Part shown: positions 59,214 through 64,000 of the stretch, in pieces
How positions within the stretch are numbered: the stretch's first letter is position 1
Layout: each line of letters starts with the position of its first letter
Origin: Nannocystis radixulma
GTDB taxonomy: Bacteria > Myxococcota_A > Polyangia > Nannocystales > Nannocystaceae
Assembly: GCF_028369095.1 (NCBI RefSeq)
Contig: NZ_JAQNDN010000024.1
Coordinates: 629,253 to 693,252 of the forward strand
Direction: 5' to 3'
Length of the DNA: 64,000 nucleotides
Program-made: the position numbers and the translations under genes
The notes under the pieces: model-generated
What the model was told of the DNA's origin: nothing
Databases searched by the model: none
Seen by the model: only the letters and a program-made list of their open reading frames with translations

Positions 59214-60010
59214 GCGATCACCCCCAGACGCGCGAGGCCCTCGCCGAGCGCCGCGAGGCTTTCGACAGTGACCATCATGCCCTGTCCCGCGAGCGCGGCG
59301 ACCAGGACGTCGGGCCGCATCCGCCCGTGTTCCAGCAGCGCCGCGCTGACCGGCGTGGCGGGGCCGCGGACGAAGCGCGCGGGCGTGGCGGCGTAGAGGA
59401 ACAGCGCCGCGCCGGACGGATCCGGAGCGACCGGGCCCTTCGTCAAGGTGCGGACGAACTCGAGCGGATAGCGCTGCACCGCGTAGTGGGCGACGCCGTT
59501 GTCGCGGATCAGCGCGGTGCGCACGGCGAAGCTCGGGTCCCGGTTGAGCACGAGGATCGAGAGGAGCCCGGTGAGGAACTCGTGGGTCAGCAGATCGACG
59601 GCGTGCGGTCCGGCGGCCCGCAGCGCGTCGTCACCGCGCAGGAACTCGAAGAACGCCTCCTCGACCGAGATCCCGCGCGGGCCGTACGGCACCTGCCGGC
59701 TGTCGGCGTACTGCGGCGAGGCGACGAAGCGCTCGACCAGCGCGGCCGCGCCGTGACCGGCGCGCTCCAGCTGCGCGAACAGATCGGGGAAGGTGCTGCG
59801 CAGGCCGCCGTCGTACTCGACGTTGCCGCGCAACAGGTCGCGCCCGATCGCACCGCTGATGGCGACCAGCTCGTCCGGATCGATGGTGCGCAGGTGGGCC
59901 TGCGCCTCGGGCTCGAGCCCGAGGGATTCGAGGCGGCCGGCGAGGAACTGGTCGCGCGCGCGGCGATCGTGGAGCAGCCGGTAGAGCGCGGTCTGTAACG
60001 TCTCAGGCAT
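59210..60010 (-). CDS. DUF2063-like partner protein of the MNIO (MbnC/TglI-type)
   Basis: 266 aa directly downstream of, and overlapping by 8 nt, the DUF692 gene, the canonical position of MNIO partner subunits. Assigned mainly from synteny and size. Confidence 0.5.
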   Translation of the reverse strand: MPETLQTALYRLLHDRRARDQFLAGRLESLGLEPEAQAHLRTIDPDELVAISGAIGRDLLRGNVEYDGGLRSTFPDLFAQLERAGHGAAALVERFVASPQYADSRQVPYGPRGISVEEAFFEFLRGDDALRAAGPHAVDLLTHEFLTGLLSILVLNRDPSFAVRTALIRDNGVAHYAVQRYPLEFVRTLTKGPVAPDPSGAALFLYAATPARFVRGPATPVSAALLEHGRMRPDVLVAALAGQGMMVTVESLAALGEGLARLGVIA

Positions 60011-60962
60011 GCGCCTCCTCGCCGAGCCAGGCGGCGGCCATGGCCGCGAGCCGCTCGAAGTTGGCGACCGACTTGGGCACCAGCTCGCCGTCCTCGAAGT
60101 AGCGCGGATCTTCGTAGGTGATCGCGCGGAGGTGAGGGCAGCGGGGCAGCAGCCAGGCGAGCAGCTCGAGCTGCTCGTCGAGCAGGACGCCGTGGTGAAG
60201 GTCGCGGAACTTGCCGCCGGAGATCTGGCAGCCGGACAGGTGAATCTCGTGACAGGCGAGCAGCGGCAGGCGCTCGAGCGCCTCGAAGCGGCGCGGGCCC
60301 ACGCGGCCCTGCGACCACTGGTAGCTGAGGAGGTGGCCGACGTCGAGCGTGACCGGTGAGCCCGTCTCGTCGGCGACGACGCGGAAGAACTCGAAGGCGT
60401 CCATCGCCCCGATGGTGATCGTCGCGCCCTCGGTGAAGCCGGGGAACTCGACGCACACCGGCGCGGCCAGGCGCGACTGCCAGCCGCGGACGTTGCGGAT
60501 GCACGCGGCCAGCCCCTCGTCGGTCAAGAACGGCGGCAACGGGTACGGCAGCGATTTGCCGGCGATCGACCACAGCCCGAGGTCCTCGACGATCCACGCG
60601 AAGCCGTAGCGCTCGACGAGCGCGTTGGTGAACGCGGCCACCGCGTCGAACTCGATCGGATCGAGGGTCGCCATGTTGAGCAGGGTGTGGTGCAGCGCGC
60701 GGTGACCGATCCGCGGCGCCGCGGCGAACAGGGCGTCGTAGGCGGCGAAGTAGTCGCCGGCGCGCAGGCGGTTGCGATTGCCCGGCTGGAACGCGAACAC
60801 GAGGTAATTGAAGCGCTCCTGGTAGCGCGCCAGGAAGTTGGCGACCCGTGGGGTGACGGTGTCGCCGCGCTCGGGATCACGGGTGAAGCCGATCCGCTCG
60901 CCCCACGGCAGATCCATCCCGACCCCGAGGCCGAGCCGCGGCGTCGTCGGTCGTCGCGTCAT
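60003..60962 (-). CDS. DUF692-family multinuclear non-heme iron oxidative enzyme (MNIO, MbnB/TglH-like)
   Basis: Start at MTRRPTTPRLGLGVGMDLPWG (ATGA overlap with the rSAM stop). Motifs LGLGVG, LDVGHLLSY, LLACHEIHLSGCQ resemble the DUF692 TIM-barrel family. Confidence 0.65.
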   Translation of the reverse strand: MTRRPTTPRLGLGVGMDLPWGERIGFTRDPERGDTVTPRVANFLARYQERFNYLVFAFQPGNRNRLRAGDYFAAYDALFAAAPRIGHRALHHTLLNMATLDPIEFDAVAAFTNALVERYGFAWIVEDLGLWSIAGKSLPYPLPPFLTDEGLAACIRNVRGWQSRLAAPVCVEFPGFTEGATITIGAMDAFEFFRVVADETGSPVTLDVGHLLSYQWSQGRVGPRRFEALERLPLLACHEIHLSGCQISGGKFRDLHHGVLLDEQLELLAWLLPRCPHLRAITYEDPRYFEDGELVPKSVANFERLAAMAAAWLGEEAHA

Positions 60963-62914
60963 GCGGACCTCCGGGCCCGCACCGGCGTGCCCGCGCCGGT
61001 CGCGAGCAGTCGCGTGAGCACGTGGGCGGCCTCGTCGCCGTCGGCCCGCAGCAGCTCGCCGTCGTGCTGGATGGCGGGCGGCAAGCGATAGATCGTCTGC
61101 CACAGCAAGTTGGCGAGGAACGACGCGGCCGCGCCGTCACGCCAGGTGGCGCGCACGACCCGGACCCACGGGTGCAACTGGAGCGCGTACACGGGCTCCG
61201 CGGGCGCCGGCGGCCCGCGACGCTCGGGCGGGACGTCGTCGTTCTTGTGGGGGTGGACGTTGTGATGGATGGCGAGGAAGCGCCGCTGCATCGCCTCGAA
61301 GGGCGGGGCGCCGCGCGCCTCGAAGCGGAGGCCGACGCGACCGAGGCCGTAGCTGAGCAATTCGTTGCCCTGCCAGCGCTCGCGGTCGGGGATGACGACG
61401 CCGAATTCCTCGGGGCGCTGGGCGAGCGGGGTGCCGGGCTCGCAGGTGAGCATCTGCATGACGTCGATGGCGATCTTGCCGGCGTTGGCGGCGAGGAACG
61501 CCTCGGAGGCGGCGACCTCCTCGGCGGTCTCGTCGAGGATCCCGCCCATCACCGACAGCCGCAGCTCGATGCCGACGGCGTGCAGGTTGTCGACGATCGG
61601 CTGGTAGTCGGCGGCGTCGACGCCCTTGTCCAGCCGATCGAGGAGGCGCTGCGAATTGGTTTCGTAGCCGACCGCCATCTGGACGCAGCCGAGGGCGCGC
61701 AGCTCACGGCAGACCTCGAGGTCGCGGAGCAGGCGCTCGAAGCGGCAGCGGACGCTGAACTCGATGGCGACGCCGCGGCGACGGAGCAGGCGCATGGCCC
61801 GACGCACGACTGGCAAGTTTGTCATCTCGTCGACGAAGTTGATGCGGCGGACGCCGTACGTGCGGACCAGGTGCTCGCATTCGTCGGCGATCTGGCGCGG
61901 CGACTTCTGCTGATAGCCGACGCGGCGCGAGCGGGCGCCGTACGAACAAAAGGCGCAGCGGCCCCAGAAGCAGCCGATGCCGGTGACGAGCGGGAGCTGG
62001 ACCGCGTCCATGACGTAGCGCTGCCACGGCAGATCGGAGAAGTCGGGCGGGGGCAACGCGGCGATCGGCGGCGGCGGATCGTCCCGCGACGGCGCGCGGC
62101 GGTCGAGCCACACCACGGAGGGCACGTCGCTCCACGCGGCGGCGCCCGCGGCTGCGCGCGCGAGCGCGGCGAGGGTCGCCTCGCCGGCGCCGGTCGCCAG
62201 CGCGTCGACGACCCCGGCGATCGCCGGGACGCGGGAGAGTGCGTCGTGACGCAGCATGATCTGCGGGCCCCCGAGCACGATGACGGCGTCGGGGCAGCGC
62301 GCGCGGATCCGCCGCGCCAACCACAGCGCCGGCCCGATCTGGCTGTAGAACGCGACCGAGATGCCGACGATCGCCGGGGTCGACGGCGCGAGCGCGTCGT
62401 CCAGCAGCGCCGCGAGGGCGCGCGCGGCGAGGTCGTCCGCGTCCGGCTCGTCGCCGGCGGTGAACCGGGCGGCGAGCTGGGACAACGAGGTCGACGAGAA
62501 CTTCAGCGCCGATCGCTCGAGCAGCAGATCGATCGCCTGGCCGGCGAGTCGCAGCGCCGACCGACTGTCGATCGCCGCCGCGGCCTTGTCGAACACGCGG
62601 GCGCGCAGCGAGTCGCAGATCGACAGCAGGTAGCGCGCCATCGCCGAGCGATACGCCCGCGCGAGCGGCTGCGGGTCCGCCTCGGCGGCGAGCTCCGGCC
62701 CGAGGTAGGCGCGCAGCGCCGCAGGCGCGAGCAGGGCGTGGCACAGCTCGATGTTGAGGTCGCGCGGTCGCACCGCGACGCCCTCGCGCCGCAGGTACGC
62801 GGTCAGGGCCGGCAGGCTGAGGTACGGGAACAGCCGCGCCTCGGTGGCCGGGGGGAACAGCAAGAGCACGTCGGGCGGGCTGACACTCGCGCGCATGTCG
62901 ATGGTGGGTGGCAT
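60959..62914 (-). CDS. B12-binding-domain radical SAM enzyme
   Basis: Start at MPPTIDMRASV. Rossmann-like B12 region IVGISVAFYSQIGPALWLARRIRARCPDAVIVLGGPQI. Radical SAM cluster motif CFWGRCAFCSY. Confidence 0.85.
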   Translation of the reverse strand: MPPTIDMRASVSPPDVLLLFPPATEARLFPYLSLPALTAYLRREGVAVRPRDLNIELCHALLAPAALRAYLGPELAAEADPQPLARAYRSAMARYLLSICDSLRARVFDKAAAAIDSRSALRLAGQAIDLLLERSALKFSSTSLSQLAARFTAGDEPDADDLAARALAALLDDALAPSTPAIVGISVAFYSQIGPALWLARRIRARCPDAVIVLGGPQIMLRHDALSRVPAIAGVVDALATGAGEATLAALARAAAGAAAWSDVPSVVWLDRRAPSRDDPPPPIAALPPPDFSDLPWQRYVMDAVQLPLVTGIGCFWGRCAFCSYGARSRRVGYQQKSPRQIADECEHLVRTYGVRRINFVDEMTNLPVVRRAMRLLRRRGVAIEFSVRCRFERLLRDLEVCRELRALGCVQMAVGYETNSQRLLDRLDKGVDAADYQPIVDNLHAVGIELRLSVMGGILDETAEEVAASEAFLAANAGKIAIDVMQMLTCEPGTPLAQRPEEFGVVIPDRERWQGNELLSYGLGRVGLRFEARGAPPFEAMQRRFLAIHHNVHPHKNDDVPPERRGPPAPAEPVYALQLHPWVRVVRATWRDGAAASFLANLLWQTIYRLPPAIQHDGELLRADGDEAAHVLTRLLATGAGTPVRARRSA

Positions 62915-62982
62915 GTCGGGTGGGGGCGACCGGCGGGCCCGACGCCGTGCAATGCACAGCGCGCGCCCGCCGGTCCGGCCGC

Positions 62983-63294
62983 TCACTTGGTGAACAGCTT
63001 CGAGTGGGCGATGACGTGACGGGAGACCTGCTCGATCGGGTTGCTCTCCCCCGCCTCGTCGAGGATCCGCTGCTGCGCGGTCTTCTCGTCGATGCCTTGC
63101 TGCTTGGCCAGGAGCACCGAGGCCTCCTTGAGGACGGCGAAGGTCCGCTCGTCGAGCTCGTTCAGCGGCTGCACGACGGCGAAGCGGAACGCGTGGAAGG
63201 CGTTGCCGACCTTCAGCTCGTTCGATTCGATCACGTCGAGCTGCTCGAGCTCCGCCAGCTGATTTCCATCCTGCATGCTTGATTCGTATGCCAT
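62983..63294 (-). CDS. small acidic protein (103 aa), first gene of operon; candidate precursor or recognition partner
   Basis: AGGAGGA 5 nt upstream of the ATG; GC3-rich codons; no Cys; 68 nt upstream of the rSAM gene. Confidence 0.6.
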   Translation of the reverse strand: MAYESSMQDGNQLAELEQLDVIESNELKVGNAFHAFRFAVVQPLNELDERTFAVLKEASVLLAKQQGIDEKTAQQRILDEAGESNPIEQVSRHVIAHSKLFTK

Positions 63295-63540
63295 AGATCC
63301 TCCAATTCGCCTGCGACGCGCGGGCGTTCACCTGTCGCACCTATTCACGACAGCGCGGGGAAGCTAGCACGGCATATGGGCCCCCTCAAGACCCACGACC
63401 GCGCGCACGGGCGGGAGACGGCGATGATTCGCTGGTGCCTGTCGACCACGCATTGCGCTGCGCAGTGTATGGTTTCCGAGCGATGCTCGCCGTGGCGATT
63501 GCGAGCATTCGTCGACGGCCGGCGATTCGAGCGAGATGCA

Positions 63541-64000
63541 TCATTGCGCGGTGAGGGCGCGAAGCCGGCGCGGCCTCTGGCGCGGCCGCGCGAGCGTGGC
63601 GTGCAGGCCGGAGCCTTCGCCCCCAATCGGGGTCGACTGCACCGAGGCGCCGGCGCGCCTCGGTGCTCCCGCGGCAGCGAACGGCCCGCGCCCCGTTCTC
63701 TCACCGACCGGGAGCGAGGTCCGGGGTGCGAACTCCTCGATGCGAATGTTTCCGTCGAGCTTTTCCCATGGGTCGACCCGCACGGTCGGGATGAACCACC
63801 CGTTGCAGAACTCGAAGTCGAGGTCCTGGCAGAGCTCGCCTTCGAGCGTGAATCGCATGAGGAGCGACGTGCAGTATTCGGACAGGCAATCGTGTACGTC
63901 GTGTCGCCGCTCGGAGCGGCCCTCGAACAGGAGATCGGGGCGCCCGTCGAGGTCGAGATCGGGGTCAGCACATCGGCGATGTCGACGAAGCGCGGCGTGT
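63541..64000 (-). CDS. 3' end of a gene continuing beyond the window (function unknown)
   Basis: Frame is open to nt 64000; protein-like segment ...DLLFEGRSERRHDVHDCLSEYCTSLLMRFTLEGELCQDLDFEFCNGWFIPTVRVDPWEKLDG...; the last 60 codons are low-complexity. Confidence 0.3.
   Translation of the reverse strand, partial: HAALRRHRRCADPDLDLDGRPDLLFEGRSERRHDVHDCLSEYCTSLLMRFTLEGELCQDLDFEFCNGWFIPTVRVDPWEKLDGNIRIEEFAPRTSLPVGERTGRGPFAAAGAPRRAGASVQSTPIGGEGSGLHATLARPRQRPRRLRALTAQ

Overview
High-GC (~70%) bacterial chromosome segment, almost certainly Myxococcota: it carries a MYXO-CTERM sorting tail, Cys-rich myxobacterial repeat lipoproteins, a Ser/Thr-kinase-AAA-TPR giant and a 3,221-aa TPR protein. Coding density is high on both strands. 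The six-frame track is full of long spurious antisense ORFs rich in Arg/Ala/Gly/Pro, an artefact of the GC content; these were rejected where they overlap genes with real protein-like composition. Gene starts were refined from signal peptides, RBS and translational-coupling overlaps, with coordinate arithmetic anchored on the ORF-track ends. Landmarks: (1) 1-2277, the tail of a T6SS VgrG-associated cassette (pentapeptide repeat -> DUF3540-like -> DUF4150 PAAR-like -> small membrane protein). (2) Several lower-GC accessory patches (16.4-17.4 kb, 23.1-24.5 kb, 24.4-27.5 kb, 44.8-48.3 kb, 49.0-49.5 kb) holding SUKH-type immunity genes, an IS110 remnant, a frameshifted gene, an S1 protease/lipoprotein pair, and a tandem pair of paralogous unknown proteins with a Zn-ribbon partner. 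(3) The most striking element, 54.1-63.3 kb: an eight- to nine-gene translationally coupled minus-strand operon combining a B12-binding radical SAM enzyme, a DUF692-type multinuclear non-heme iron oxidase (MNIO) with a DUF2063-like partner, a JmjC-cupin/HExxH fusion, a TldD/PmbA peptidase and a GNAT, headed by a 103-aa acidic ORF with a perfect Shine-Dalgarno. This looks like a previously undescribed RiPP-like maturation system. No rRNA, tRNA or CRISPR array was recognised.
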